Assembly (NCBI GenBank): GCA_049969675.1
Contig: JBMFOP010000027.1
Location: 1 to 33,072, forward strand
Direction: 5' to 3'
From: Myxococcota bacterium
GTDB taxonomy: Bacteria; Myxococcota; SpSt-1050
Length of the DNA: 33,072 nucleotides
The notes beneath the pieces are model-generated. The model worked only from the letters and a program-made list of their open reading frames with translations, was not told where the DNA came from and searched no databases. The translations under genes were made by a program, and so were the position numbers. Below are positions 1 to 10,834 of this stretch, in pieces. Every line of letters begins with the position of its first letter. Positions within the stretch are counted from its first letter, which is position 1.

Positions 1-1
1 C

Positions 2-64
2 TTAATAATCGCTCTGATGCTGACGACGGGGTTTACAATTTTTTTAAATAAAATAGATTTGTAA
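2..64 (+). CDS. Possible 3' end of a membrane protein gene (partial; ABC-permease-like C-terminus)
   Basis: Frame 2 reads LIIALMLTTGFTIFLNKIDL* (TAA 62-64): a hydrophobic helix ending in FxxKxDL, as often seen at ABC-2-type permease C-termini. Only 20 codons are visible. Confidence 0.35.
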   Translation, partial: LIIALMLTTGFTIFLNKIDL

Positions 65-101
65 TAGAGTAAAGGATATTAAGGTTCAGGGAATAGATTT
101 T

Positions 102-560
102 TTATTTGATAAGATTGACATTCTCCTCATTGAAAATTGGGATGTTGGGGAAGAGTCTCTTGCACTCTATTGTAAATACTCCATCAGTATATCCACAGAT
201 ATCCTCATCTCTAAGATTAAGGAAGACCTTGCAATCTCCATTGCCACAGGAGGGTGAGCGACTTTTTAAAAGAAATATATCAACCCTTTCAAGACCCAAA
301 AGAAACTTTCTTGAGAAATTCTCTATTCTCCTTTTGAGTTTTAAATGAGTAATTCTCTGGATAAGGATAATCTTTTTTGCCCTTCTAATAAATCTGATTG
401 GATATCTTGGCACTGTAAGCCCAATATCCATCTCGGGACAGACATCCACTATCTCAAAATTTGATAGATACTTTTTCACATCATAATCTCTTACAACTCC
501 ATCATATCTACACCTTATACCCAGAAGGCACCTTTATACTACTGCAACTCTCTTTTCCAC
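102..560 (-). pseudogene. DUF523 / 2-thiouracil desulfidase (TudS)-family gene interrupted by an in-frame TAA at codon 9
   Basis: GTG at 560-558 gives MEKRVAVV*RCLLGIRCRYDG, in frame with ORF 102..479 (VCPEMDIGLTVPR, LKSRSPSCG, DGVF). All DUF523 motifs are present. The TAA at 536-534 falls where the family has Ser (vSxCLLG). Confidence 0.85.
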
Positions 561-561
561 T

Positions 562-1743
562 CTACTTTTCTAAACTGTTCTGTCGTTTTCTTATAAATGC
601 AGGTACATCTCTCGGCTCTTCAATAGTAATGGATGTAGAGCCACCGATACTCTCAATAGTAGTAACAATCTTCTGTGTCTCATCAACAACTGGAGATGTA
701 TCCATAGGCCTGCTGATTCTATTCTTCGCTGGAATCTCTCTATCCACAAACAGGGCGCCTGTAAATATCTCTCTCTTACTTTTTTCTGTTCTATCAAATC
801 CAGTAGCAAATATTGTAATCTTTATCTCATCATCAGCCATCCTCTCGTCAATGACTGCTCCAAAAATAATATTTGCATCAGGGGCTGCTGCCTCTGTAAT
901 AGAGTGGCATGCCTCATTGACCTCCTGAAGTCTCATATTTACTGAACCAGTCACATTGATAAGTACACCCTGTGCCCCATCAATCTTTACATTCTCAAGC
1001 AGAGGAGATGATACTGCCTCATTTGCTGCCTCAATCGCCCTCTTCTCTCCCGATTTTCTCCCTGTCCCCATAAGGGCGAGTCCCTGATTGGACATAATCG
1101 CCTTCACATCTGCGAAATCTACATTTACAAGACCCGGCACATTTATTATATCTGTAACTCCCTGAACTGCATTCAGAAGGACATTGTCAACCATTAAAAA
1201 TGCCGTCTTAAATGAAACATTACCTGCAACTGATAGAAGCTTCTGATTGGGAATCACAATCAGTGTATCTACATATTTCTTGAGCTCTGCTATACCGTTG
1301 ATCGCCTGATTGAGTCTCTTCTTCCCCTCAAATTCAAATGGCTTTGTCACCACACCTACTGTCAAAATACCCATCTCTCTGGCAATACTCGCCACAATTG
1401 GTGCTGCACCGGTACCCGTCCCCCCTCCCATTCCAGCAGTAATGAAAGCCATATCTGTCCCCGAAAGATAGTCGGCGATCTGATTCTTTACCTCTTCCGC
1501 TGCATTCTTCCCTATCTCTGGATTTGCACCTGCACCCAGACCTCTTGTCAGCTTGGGTCCTAATTGAACCTTAATAGGGGCAAGATTCTTCTCAAGGCTC
1601 TGTACATCTGTATTCATCGCCACAAATTCCACTCCCTGAATACCAGATGTTATCATTGTGTTGAGGGCATTGGTTCCACCTCCACCTACACCAATCACCT
1701 TGATAACTGCATTCCTTCTTCCTTCCTCAATAATACTAATCAT
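562..1743 (-). CDS. ftsZ: Cell division GTPase FtsZ
   Basis: [21 protein letters not shown], tubulin signature GGGTGTG, NVDFADV, C-terminal DVPAFIRK peptide; GGAGG SD upstream. Confidence 0.99.
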   Translation of the reverse strand: MISIIEEGRRNAVIKVIGVGGGGTNALNTMITSGIQGVEFVAMNTDVQSLEKNLAPIKVQLGPKLTRGLGAGANPEIGKNAAEEVKNQIADYLSGTDMAFITAGMGGGTGTGAAPIVASIAREMGILTVGVVTKPFEFEGKKRLNQAINGIAELKKYVDTLIVIPNQKLLSVAGNVSFKTAFLMVDNVLLNAVQGVTDIINVPGLVNVDFADVKAIMSNQGLALMGTGRKSGEKRAIEAANEAVSSPLLENVKIDGAQGVLINVTGSVNMRLQEVNEACHSITEAAAPDANIIFGAVIDERMADDEIKITIFATGFDRTEKSKREIFTGALFVDREIPAKNRISRPMDTSPVVDETQKIVTTIESIGGSTSITIEEPRDVPAFIRKRQNSLEK

Positions 1744-1775
1744 AAATATACCTCCTTTGTGATCCTTCCCGGTTA

Positions 1776-3008
1776 TTAAAATGAATCCTTAAAATACTGG
1801 ACTATCTTTGAAAAGAGACTTCCCTTCTTCTTCTGATTAAAATCTGACATAGTGGCACTCTGCCCATAAAATCCATAGAGCAAGAGTCCCAACACCTCTG
1901 CATACTCAAGCTTCCCATTTATTACATCCTTTATTCCCACAATTCTATCTGAGAGGATATTGCCGATTCTAACTGGCATCCCGAAGATATTCTCTGCGAG
2001 TTCCACAATTCCATCCAGATATGCGGTTCCACCAGTTAGAACTATCCCTGAACCTATCTTATCCATACAGCCTGTTGACTGCAACTCCTTACTCACAAGT
2101 TCAAATATCTCCTCCAGCCTCGGTTGAATGATATCCGCAAGCATCTGTCTCGCAAGAGAGCGGGCTGGCTTACCTCCCACTGAGGGGACCTCCACATATT
2201 CATCCTTTGATACTTTTGATGAGAGTGCACAGCCAAACTTCTTCTTTATCCTCTCAGCGTCCTCCGGAGGTGTCCTGAGTCCAATCGCCACATCGTTTTT
2301 GATATTCACACCTCCAAGCCCGATTGAGGAGACGAAGGAGATAGAGCCCTGATAGAACATCGCTATATCAGTTGTGCCACCACCGATATCCAGAAGTGCA
2401 ACCCCAAGGTCCTTCTCCGCCGGTGTCAGGACGGCGAATGATGAGGCGTAGGCACCATAGACCACCTGCTTAACAGAGAATCCAGCCCTGCTCACACATT
2501 TAACTATATTCTGAACAACTGATGTTGAAGCAAGAATAAGATAGACCTTTGCCTCAAGTCTCACACCACTCATACCAATTGGCTCTTTAATACCTTCCTG
2601 TTTATCTACTATATATTCCTGGGGGAGAACGTGAATCAATTCCTGATCCTGAGGAACAGGGATAGATTTTGCAATATCAATCACCTTCTCTACATCCTCC
2701 AGAGACACCTCATCTCTCTTAATAGCCGCCATTCCCTTTGATGTAATCCCTTTTATGTGACTACCTGAGATACCAACATAGAGCTCTTTTACTTCACACC
2801 CAGCCATCCTCTCTGCTATAGAGACTGCCTCGGCAATGGCATTTACGGTGTCCTCAATGTTGATTATCACCCCCTTCTTGACACCGGTGGATTCTACAAC
2901 TCCAAAGCCGAGTATAGATAGTTGGGACTCCTTTGTCTCAGCAATCAGAGCGACCACCTTTGATGTGCCGATGTCAATCCCTGCAATGATGTTTTCCCTC
3001 TTTCCCAT
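1776..3008 (-). CDS. ftsA: Cell division protein FtsA
   Basis: [36 protein letters not shown]-terminal amphipathic helix; lies between ftsQ and ftsZ. Confidence 0.99.
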   Translation of the reverse strand: MGKRENIIAGIDIGTSKVVALIAETKESQLSILGFGVVESTGVKKGVIINIEDTVNAIAEAVSIAERMAGCEVKELYVGISGSHIKGITSKGMAAIKRDEVSLEDVEKVIDIAKSIPVPQDQELIHVLPQEYIVDKQEGIKEPIGMSGVRLEAKVYLILASTSVVQNIVKCVSRAGFSVKQVVYGAYASSFAVLTPAEKDLGVALLDIGGGTTDIAMFYQGSISFVSSIGLGGVNIKNDVAIGLRTPPEDAERIKKKFGCALSSKVSKDEYVEVPSVGGKPARSLARQMLADIIQPRLEEIFELVSKELQSTGCMDKIGSGIVLTGGTAYLDGIVELAENIFGMPVRIGNILSDRIVGIKDVINGKLEYAEVLGLLLYGFYGQSATMSDFNQKKKGSLFSKIVQYFKDSF

Positions 3009-3025
3009 AGTGCCCTCCTTGTGTT

Positions 3026-3835
3026 TTATCTCCTCTGTTTTAACTTCATTGTATAAAGCCCTTCCCGGTTAATGTCCAGATAGACTATCTCCGGACTAAT
3101 ATCCGATCTCTTTACCTCACTTAAAATTGTGCTTAATATCGTAAATTTCTTTTCATAATTATTCTGCCCAAGCCTTATCTCAAAGGAATTTCTTGCAGAT
3201 ATAATTGTGATATCACCATCTTTCTCATATACAATTTCAGAGATAGGAATCTGGGGAAACAGTTTGGAAAATCTGTTCTCAATCTCAAATATAGATAGTA
3301 TCTTCTGTCTGAAATATTCTGTTCTGTTTATATAATCATCTTTTGATATACCTGATATTATTGGGAAATCAAAGATTTCACCGGCCTCAAGTCTCTTAAA
3401 TACGACTGCGTTTTCATCTACCAGATATAGTTGAGAGAAGTTGATAAACATCACAGGTCTATATTCTGTTATCTCAATACTCACCCCATCGGGGAGGTGT
3501 TTTCTGACGAGAACCTTCTTCACCCATGGATGACTCTTTATCTGCTCCGCGGTCTTCGTGGAAGAGAATGAAAATATGTTATCACCGATTGAGATACCTG
3601 AAAGACCTACTATATCATCAACAAATGAATTCCTGGTCCCGAAGACATTGATTCTCTTGACTGCAAAAAAATCTGAAGTCATCACAAAGTGATAAATCTT
3701 TTTTATCCCGAATCCAGTGGCGACAACGAATATAAGAATCACCAGATAAATCAGATTTTTATATGCGATGCCTAAAAATGACTTCAGACGACTCCTATGG
3801 TATCTTCTCTCTCTCTTCTTCACTCTGATAGACAT
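3026..3835 (-). CDS. ftsQ: Cell division protein FtsQ/DivIB
   Basis: Basic N-terminus, one TM helix, POTRA-like segment (HPWVKKVLVRKHLPDGVSIEITEYRP), C-terminal YLDI; position upstream of ftsA. Confidence 0.95.
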   Translation of the reverse strand: MSIRVKKRERRYHRSRLKSFLGIAYKNLIYLVILIFVVATGFGIKKIYHFVMTSDFFAVKRINVFGTRNSFVDDIVGLSGISIGDNIFSFSSTKTAEQIKSHPWVKKVLVRKHLPDGVSIEITEYRPVMFINFSQLYLVDENAVVFKRLEAGEIFDFPIISGISKDDYINRTEYFRQKILSIFEIENRFSKLFPQIPISEIVYEKDGDITIISARNSFEIRLGQNNYEKKFTILSTILSEVKRSDISPEIVYLDINREGLYTMKLKQRR

Positions 3836-3836
3836 C

Positions 3837-4925
3837 TCATATGCTCCTTATAAGAGACCTCTTTATTCTATCTCTCAAGAGTGCGAGATTTATCAGCCTC
3901 TTAACCAGCATTTTATAACTCAACCCCTCCGCCTTCCACATCATAGGGAACATTGAAATCTTGGTAAATCCGGGAATTGTATTTATCTCATTTACAAATA
4001 TTTCATTATCAGTGAGGAAGAAGTCAACCCTTGCCATCCCTTCAAGATTGCACACCTGATATGCCCTGATTGCAACTCTTTTGATCTCTTCGGAGATACT
4101 CTTACTCAATCGGGCGGGGACCTCTGTCTTAGAACCTTCTTTTATATATTTTGCCTCATAATCATAAAATTCATTGACGGGTATTACCTCTCCGGGTACT
4201 GCTGCTTTTGCTTCCTGATTCCCCATTACTGCGCACTCTATCTCCCTACCCTTTATAAACATCTCTATAATTACTTTTGTATCATACTTAAACGCCAATC
4301 TTATGGCATCTTCTAATTGTAAACGACTCTTTGCCTTGGAGATCCCAACAGAAGAGCCCAGATTTGCTGGCTTTGTAAAGAGAGGAAATCCAAACTCCCT
4401 TATCGCCTTATTTACTATGCCTTTCTTCTCTTTATCTGGCATCTCCCTTTTTAAGATATAGAATGGTACAATCTTAATCCCGTTATCTCTTAAAATCCTC
4501 TTGCAGATCTCTTTATCCATACAGACAGAAGAGGCAAGTACGCCACCACCCACATAAGGTATATTTGCCATCTCAAAAAGGCCCTGAATGGTGCCGTCCT
4601 CTCCAAATGTACCGTGTAATACAGGGAATGCCACATCTATTTTGTCTACATAAACGAATTTTTTACCCTTTAGAATGAGTAGATGTGAGCCTCTGCCGTC
4701 AAAAGTAAGTGTGCAATTTACACCATATTTAAAAAATTCTTTGAAATCATCAACCCCTTCTATATTCTTCCCAAAATATTTGAATGTCCCATCCTTCTCA
4801 ATTCCCATCAGAAAGATGTCAAACTCTTTCCTGTCTATGGCATTGTAGACATTCCTTGCTGATTTAAGACTCACCTCGTGTTCACCGGATCTGCCACCAA
4901 AGACCAACAAAAGATTCTTCTTCAT
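3837..4925 (-). CDS. ddl: D-alanine--D-alanine ligase
   Basis: FGGRSGEHEVS, LHGTFGEDG, GSSVG, FYDYEAKY (Tyr-type omega loop of D-Ala-D-Ala ligases), NEINTIPG. Confidence 0.98.
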   Translation of the reverse strand: MKKNLLLVFGGRSGEHEVSLKSARNVYNAIDRKEFDIFLMGIEKDGTFKYFGKNIEGVDDFKEFFKYGVNCTLTFDGRGSHLLILKGKKFVYVDKIDVAFPVLHGTFGEDGTIQGLFEMANIPYVGGGVLASSVCMDKEICKRILRDNGIKIVPFYILKREMPDKEKKGIVNKAIREFGFPLFTKPANLGSSVGISKAKSRLQLEDAIRLAFKYDTKVIIEMFIKGREIECAVMGNQEAKAAVPGEVIPVNEFYDYEAKYIKEGSKTEVPARLSKSISEEIKRVAIRAYQVCNLEGMARVDFFLTDNEIFVNEINTIPGFTKISMFPMMWKAEGLSYKMLVKRLINLALLRDRIKRSLIRSI

Positions 4926-4926
4926 A

Positions 4927-5853
4927 CTAAAACTCCCCTAAGAGTCGGATTTCAAGTTCAAGTCTGATTCCAAATAATTTCTGGACCTCAGAGCGTGCAA
5001 TATCAATCAATTTTATGACCGACTTTGCATCCGCCTTCCCCCTGTTTATTATAAAATTTGCATGTAATGTAGAGATCTCTGCATCATTGAGTCTTAAACC
5101 TTTGAGCCCTGCAAGTTCGATCAGCCTGCCAGCAGAGTCCTCTTTTGGATTTTTGAAGATTGAACCAGCAGATGGATATCCATATGGCTGTGATTTTTTT
5201 CTATACTGCTTTAATTCCTCAATATCTTTAATGGAGACATCTTTGCCTCCATCCCTTAATTTTATTTCCGCAGACAATATTATGGAGTCCACAGGTAGTC
5301 CACACTCTCTATATGCAAAGAATAACCTCCCCTTTCCAAGAGTCTCAATCTCTCCCATCTCTCTTATAAGTGTCACACTATCTACAATATCTGACATCTC
5401 TCCCAGTCGGGTCCCAGCGTTGCCCGCAATTGCACCACCAACGGTGCCGGGGATACCGAAGCAGAATTCTGTTCCAATGAATCCATTCTTTACAGCAAAC
5501 TCATTTAATTTATGCAGGGGCTCACCAGCCATAACCTTCAGATAGACATCGGTCTTCTCCCTTTTTACAACCTTTATTCCCTTCAATGCATTTGCGAGTT
5601 TTATTACACACCCCTGAATGCCCTTATCAGATACCAGAATATTGGTGCCCGCACCTATTACATATCTCTTGATACCATTTGTATCAAGGAATCTAATTGC
5701 CTTAATCAGGTCTTCCTCTGTTTTGGGGATAAAAAGTAGCTCTGCGGGCCCTCCTATGCGAAACGATGTATGTTTTTTGAGAGGCTCATCAGCCAGAAAT
5801 GAACCTTCAACCATAATTCTGAGTTCTTTTATCCAATCCTTCTTCATCTTCAC
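4927..5853 (-). CDS. murB: UDP-N-acetylenolpyruvoylglucosamine reductase
   Basis: HTSFRIGGPA, GIPGTVGGA, SAGSIFKNP, HANFIIN, LELE; GTG start overlaps the murC stop. Confidence 0.98.
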   Translation of the reverse strand: MKMKKDWIKELRIMVEGSFLADEPLKKHTSFRIGGPAELLFIPKTEEDLIKAIRFLDTNGIKRYVIGAGTNILVSDKGIQGCVIKLANALKGIKVVKREKTDVYLKVMAGEPLHKLNEFAVKNGFIGTEFCFGIPGTVGGAIAGNAGTRLGEMSDIVDSVTLIREMGEIETLGKGRLFFAYRECGLPVDSIILSAEIKLRDGGKDVSIKDIEELKQYRKKSQPYGYPSAGSIFKNPKEDSAGRLIELAGLKGLRLNDAEISTLHANFIINRGKADAKSVIKLIDIARSEVQKLFGIRLELEIRLLGEF

Positions 5854-7217
5854 TCTCCCTTCAGAAAATCTTCACCAATCTTATAGACCGAACCCGCACC
5901 AATGGTTAATATGACATCACCTTCTGAGGCATTATGTTTAAGGTATCGCAGTATCTCGTCATTGTTTGAAAAGAATCTGGCGCTCCTGTTACCTCTTCGC
6001 CTTATCTCATTAAGTAGTGCGTTTGAATCTATGCCTTCAATGGGCATCTCCTGTGCAGAATATATCTCCATCAGAAGCAGGTCTTTTGTATCTTTGAAGA
6101 CATCAGCAAAATCATTCATCAAATCCCTCGTGCGGGTATATCTATGTGGCTGAAAAATCACAAATATCCGTTTTCTGTTCAAAAGCTCCACAGTCTTCAA
6201 TGTAGCCTGTATCTCTGTCGGGTGATGACCATAATCATCAATCACAAGGACCCCATCTTTCTGTCCTTTTATCTGAAATCTTCTGGCAATACCTTTGAAA
6301 TTTGATAGAGAGCAGGATATCTTCTCAAAGGGAATCATCAATTCATCCCCAACGGATATTGTCGCAAGTGAATTCAGTACATTGTGCATCCCTCTCAATG
6401 CAGTCTTTACCCTGCCAAGCAACTTACCATTTTTATATACATCAAATGAAGAGCTATCTACATCAAGCGAGATATTTCTGGCGACATAATTTAGATCACC
6501 TGTAATTCCGTATGTAATTACTCTCCTCTCTATCCTCGGAAGAATCTCCCGCACCGCATCATTGTCAGCACAAACCGAAACAAATCCATAAAAGGGAACA
6601 CTATTTGCAAATCTTACAAATGAATCTTTTATCGCATCAAAGGTGTGATAAAAATCCAGATGCTCCCTATCTATATTTGTTATCACCGCTACAGTCGGGA
6701 GCAATGACAAGAATGAACCGTCGCTCTCATCTGACTCTGCAATTAGATAATCTCCCTTCCCGAGTAAGGCATTTGTATTAAATCTATTTAGCCTTCCACC
6801 AATTATTACAGTCGGGTCAAATCCCGCATCAATGAAGAGTGTGGAAATAAGTGAGGTCGTAGTCGTCTTCCCGTGCGCACCTGAGATAAGGATGGAATAT
6901 TTCATCCTGACGAGCTCTGCAAGAAGCTCCGCCCTCCTGATTACCGGGATTTTGAGTTCATGAGCCCTCATAATCTCGGGATTATCAGCCCTGATTGATG
7001 AAGAATAGATAACCACATCTTTATCTTCAACATTCTCTGCCTTATGCCCGATTGTTATGGATATACCATATCTTCTAAGCCTCTCTACATTATCATTGTC
7101 AGAGATATCTGAGCCAGAGACAGTAAATCCCAGATTAAAAAACACCTCCGCCAGCCCAGACATACCAATGCCGCCTATTCCTACGAAGTGCATCCTTTTG
7201 AACCTTATATAAATCAT
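5850..7217 (-). CDS. murC: UDP-N-acetylmuramate--L-alanine ligase
   Basis: HFVGIGGIGMSGLA, GAHGKTTT, ESDESDGSF, DDYGHHPTE, FQPHRYTR. Confidence 0.99.
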   Translation of the reverse strand: MIYIRFKRMHFVGIGGIGMSGLAEVFFNLGFTVSGSDISDNDNVERLRRYGISITIGHKAENVEDKDVVIYSSSIRADNPEIMRAHELKIPVIRRAELLAELVRMKYSILISGAHGKTTTTSLISTLFIDAGFDPTVIIGGRLNRFNTNALLGKGDYLIAESDESDGSFLSLLPTVAVITNIDREHLDFYHTFDAIKDSFVRFANSVPFYGFVSVCADNDAVREILPRIERRVITYGITGDLNYVARNISLDVDSSSFDVYKNGKLLGRVKTALRGMHNVLNSLATISVGDELMIPFEKISCSLSNFKGIARRFQIKGQKDGVLVIDDYGHHPTEIQATLKTVELLNRKRIFVIFQPHRYTRTRDLMNDFADVFKDTKDLLLMEIYSAQEMPIEGIDSNALLNEIRRRGNRSARFFSNNDEILRYLKHNASEGDVILTIGAGSVYKIGEDFLKGE

Positions 7218-8302
7218 CCTCTCTTCCCCTTAACTGCTGAAATTATAAAATCCATTATCTCCCTTGCCGCCTCAGGCTTTGCAATCCTGCCAGCCTGCTC
7301 CGCCATATTCTTGAGCCTGACGGGATCATTTTTTAATGAAATTATTGTCTCTGCCAGAATGTTTGGAGTGATATCTTTCTGTTCAAGCATAACCGCTGCA
7401 CCTGCATTTACAAGTTCTATCGCATTTAATCTCTGGTGGTCATCTGCCGCATAAGGATATGGGATTAGAATAGATGGCTTCTTGCAGACTGTAATCTCTG
7501 CAATTGAAGTCGCACCAGAGCGACATATGACCAGGTCAGATGCCCTGTATGCCGTGGACATATCATCAATAAACTCTGTAACATAGGCTTTTATACCAAA
7601 TTCATCATATCTCTTCTTAATCTCCTCAAAGTCCTTCTTCCCTGTCTGATGGGTGATATTTACAGAGACACCCCTGTCATAAAGAATCTTAATTGCATCC
7701 ACCACTATATTATTTACAAAATGTGCACCCTGCGAACCACCAAATGCAAGTATTGTAAAATACTCATCCTCAATTGAGTCATTTAGATAGTTGTCAAAGA
7801 GCTGTCTGCGAACTGGATTTCCAAGCCATTCCACATTCTTATTCTTGAAGTATTTATATGAATTTTTAAATGCGGTAATAATCGTATCTACAAATCGTGA
7901 GAGTACCCTGTTTGTAAATCCCGGAATTATATTCTGTTCCAGTAAGAAGCTCTTTTTGTTTAAGAGATATGCGGCGATTATCACCGGCGCACAGGCATAT
8001 CCGCCAGAGCCAATTACAGCATCTGGATTAAACCTCCTGATAATCATCATAGACTTAATTATTGCAACAGGAAGTGAGAAGAGTCCGGACAAAAATCCAA
8101 AAAACCCATGTCCTCTGAGCGGCTTTATATCCAGAAATTCACATTCATATCCCTTTTGAGGTAGAATCTCCCTCTCAATACCTCTTGAGGCTCCGATAAA
8201 TAATACCTCATTCCCTTTCTTTCGCTCAATAATCTCCTCTGCCAGCGCTATTGCCGGAAAGAGGTGTCCACCTGTTCCTCCTCCAGAAAGTATAAATCTC
8301 AT
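7214..8302 (-). CDS. murG: Lipid II GlcNAc transferase MurG
   Basis: GGGTGGHLFP, GGY, EQN, GNPVR, GGSQGA, HQRLNA. Confidence 0.99.
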   Translation of the reverse strand: MRFILSGGGTGGHLFPAIALAEEIIERKKGNEVLFIGASRGIEREILPQKGYECEFLDIKPLRGHGFFGFLSGLFSLPVAIIKSMMIIRRFNPDAVIGSGGYACAPVIIAAYLLNKKSFLLEQNIIPGFTNRVLSRFVDTIITAFKNSYKYFKNKNVEWLGNPVRRQLFDNYLNDSIEDEYFTILAFGGSQGAHFVNNIVVDAIKILYDRGVSVNITHQTGKKDFEEIKKRYDEFGIKAYVTEFIDDMSTAYRASDLVICRSGATSIAEITVCKKPSILIPYPYAADDHQRLNAIELVNAGAAVMLEQKDITPNILAETIISLKNDPVRLKNMAEQAGRIAKPEAAREIMDFIISAVKGKRG

Positions 8303-9465
8303 ACTTTCCCCTTTCTTGCCATTCTATCTACCACAATTCCTATATCCGTCTTGAGTGCATCGGCATCCTCAACGACGACATCACTATTGATGTAGATATT
8401 ATTTAAAATTCCCACTCCCACAAGTGAAAATATTATAGATGAACCCCCATAACTTATAAATGGCAATGTCAGACCTTTGGTCGGAATCAGACTCATAACC
8501 ACTGCCATATTAATAAGGACCTGATATGCAAACATTATTGTAATTGCAAATCCGAGATAGACTCCAAATAGGTCTCTCGCCTTAAGGGCTACTCTAAATC
8601 CCGCTATAATAAACACAATGAAAAGAAATAAGAGGAGTGTGACACCTATAAAACCGGTCTCCTCTCCAATAATCGCCAGAATAAAATCTGTATGTGCAGC
8701 AGGCAGATAGAGTAATTTCTGTTTACTCATTCCGAGCCCCTGCCCCCACAGTCCTCCAGAGCCGAGAGATATCAAAGACTCATAGACCTGATACCCGATT
8801 GTATCCTTATGTAATTCTGGGTTCATAAATGCTAAAATCCTCGCTCTCTTATATGGAGAACGTATTATGATTGTGTATATAATCGGTATTGCAGCTATCA
8901 ATAGGCCAAAGATATAACTGATTCGCGTCCCTGCAACAAAATAGAGAGACAAGAAGGTAAACATCAATAAAACCGTTGTTCCAAAGTCTGGTTGTTTTAG
9001 AAGGATTCCTGCAACTATTATCATCACCAGAAGTCCGGGTAGAAAGCCAGCCTTGAATGAACTTATCCTCTCCTGCGATTTACTCACAAGAAATGCCATA
9101 TAGATCACAAAACCATATTTTAATAGTTCGGAGGGTTGAAATGTAATAATACCTAAATTGAGCCACCTCCTTGCACCATTCTTAACCACACCAATACCGG
9201 GGATATAGACAGATAATACGAGGAGGATACATACGACAATTATAAGATATGGATGTCTTTTGTAAAATCCGTAGTCAATCCTTGAAAATACAATCATACC
9301 AAAAAGGCCCAACAGCACATAGATTAGATGTTTATAGAGAAAATATTCTGAATAGCCAAACTGTTTATAAGAATAAACTGAAGAGCTTGAATAGATAAAG
9401 ACAATCCCCAGAGATACAAGTATCAATGCTGTATAGTTTAGTATTTTATTATTATCACCTACCAT
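8299..9465 (-). CDS. ftsW: SEDS peptidoglycan polymerase FtsW
   Basis: Multi-TM protein with NGARRW, FQPSE, QPDFGT, AHTDFI, PTKGLTLPFISYGGSS. Confidence 0.98.
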   Translation of the reverse strand: MVGDNNKILNYTALILVSLGIVFIYSSSSVYSYKQFGYSEYFLYKHLIYVLLGLFGMIVFSRIDYGFYKRHPYLIIVVCILLVLSVYIPGIGVVKNGARRWLNLGIITFQPSELLKYGFVIYMAFLVSKSQERISSFKAGFLPGLLVMIIVAGILLKQPDFGTTVLLMFTFLSLYFVAGTRISYIFGLLIAAIPIIYTIIIRSPYKRARILAFMNPELHKDTIGYQVYESLISLGSGGLWGQGLGMSKQKLLYLPAAHTDFILAIIGEETGFIGVTLLLFLFIVFIIAGFRVALKARDLFGVYLGFAITIMFAYQVLINMAVVMSLIPTKGLTLPFISYGGSSIIFSLVGVGILNNIYINSDVVVEDADALKTDIGIVVDRMARKGKV

Positions 9466-9466
9466 A

Positions 9467-10831
9467 TTAAATCTTGAGCCCTCTCACAATATTCTTAAAT
9501 ACCTTTCCGCGCTCCTCGTAATTTTTAAACATATCATAACTCGAACAGGCAGGCGATAGAAGTACCACATCTCCTCCCTCTGCTGATTCAAATGCCCTCT
9601 TTACCGCCCCTTCAAAGTCTGTTGCCAAATTCTCAATATCTACAACATCCTTCAAATCACTTTCTATAATATCTGCCGCCTCTCCTATCGCAATAATCTT
9701 CTTAACCCGTGCCCTGACAATCTCCTTTAAGATGGTATAAGGTGTCCCTTTATGCCTGCCACCTGCGATCCATACAATCCCTCTATCAAATGATTTAAGC
9801 GCTACCATTGTAGAATCTATATTGGTAGCCTTTGAATCATTAAAGAACCTGATTCCATTAATCTCACGCACAAATTCAATCCTGTGTTCAAGTCCCATAA
9901 ATGAATTTACTCCGTTCTGTATATCATCTATCTCAACCCCAAATTCTGCTGATGCAAGTGATGCCGCAAGTACATTCTCAAGATTGTGCTCACCTAATAG
10001 ATTCTTATTTTTGTAAATAATTCTCCGTTCATCAAAATCTCTTTTCAAAACAATCTCATATCTATCTTCCTTCTTAATAGAATATGCCGAAGCCCCTTTA
10101 TTTTGACTCTTTGAGAAGAAATATTTTTTAAAATTGAAATCCCCTGTAATCCTTATTAGATCTTCACAATCCATATTGAGTATAACTGCATCCATCTCAT
10201 CAAGATTCTTAAAGATATTGAGTTTGGCTTTAATATACTCCTCATAATTTTTATACTTATCCAGATGGTCTGGAGAGATATTTGTAAAGACCACCATATT
10301 CGGCTTAAAACTCTCTATATTTTCCAGCATAAATGAGCTGACCTCAACTACTGCACAGTCATAATATTTCCCATCAGTCACCATATTGGAGAGCGGATTG
10401 CCTATATTACCCCCTACAAATGCAGACCTCCCTGAATTATTCAAAATATATCCTATCAGCGCCGTTGTTGTTGACTTCCCATTCGTCCCTGTTATTGCTA
10501 TTATCGGGACATCAATAAATCTAAATGCAAACTCTATCTCACTCAAGATAGGGACATTGTAGGATTTGATCTCATTTATTCTCTCATCACTCAGATGAAT
10601 ACCGGGGCTTATTATCAATATATCAAAATCCTTTATCCTATCAAAAGAGTTCTTCCCGGATTCAAACTCAATATTATTCTCTCTGAGCCATTTGAAATTT
10701 TCTACAAGTTCACTCTCCTGCTTTATATCAGAGATGAAGGGAATCGCCCCCTTCTGTTTTGAGAGAAGCGCCGCCGCCATGCCTGTCCTCGCCGCTCCTA
10801 AGATAAATATCTTCTTCCCTCTAATATCCAT
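9467..10831 (-). CDS. murD: UDP-MurNAc-L-Ala--D-glutamate ligase
   Basis: SPGI, ITGTNGKSTT, EVSSF, HRIE, NDSKATN, LLSPACSSYDMF. Confidence 0.99.
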   Translation of the reverse strand: MDIRGKKIFILGAARTGMAAALLSKQKGAIPFISDIKQESELVENFKWLRENNIEFESGKNSFDRIKDFDILIISPGIHLSDERINEIKSYNVPILSEIEFAFRFIDVPIIAITGTNGKSTTTALIGYILNNSGRSAFVGGNIGNPLSNMVTDGKYYDCAVVEVSSFMLENIESFKPNMVVFTNISPDHLDKYKNYEEYIKAKLNIFKNLDEMDAVILNMDCEDLIRITGDFNFKKYFFSKSQNKGASAYSIKKEDRYEIVLKRDFDERRIIYKNKNLLGEHNLENVLAASLASAEFGVEIDDIQNGVNSFMGLEHRIEFVREINGIRFFNDSKATNIDSTMVALKSFDRGIVWIAGGRHKGTPYTILKEIVRARVKKIIAIGEAADIIESDLKDVVDIENLATDFEGAVKRAFESAEGGDVVLLSPACSSYDMFKNYEERGKVFKNIVRGLKI

Positions 10832-10834
10832 TGA

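Noticed and set aside
534..536. Alternative genetic code, selenocysteine or pyrrolysine recoding
   Set aside because: The codon is TAA, which terminates other genes here (ftsA, mraZ, hppA); the aligned residue is Ser and no other gene needs readthrough.
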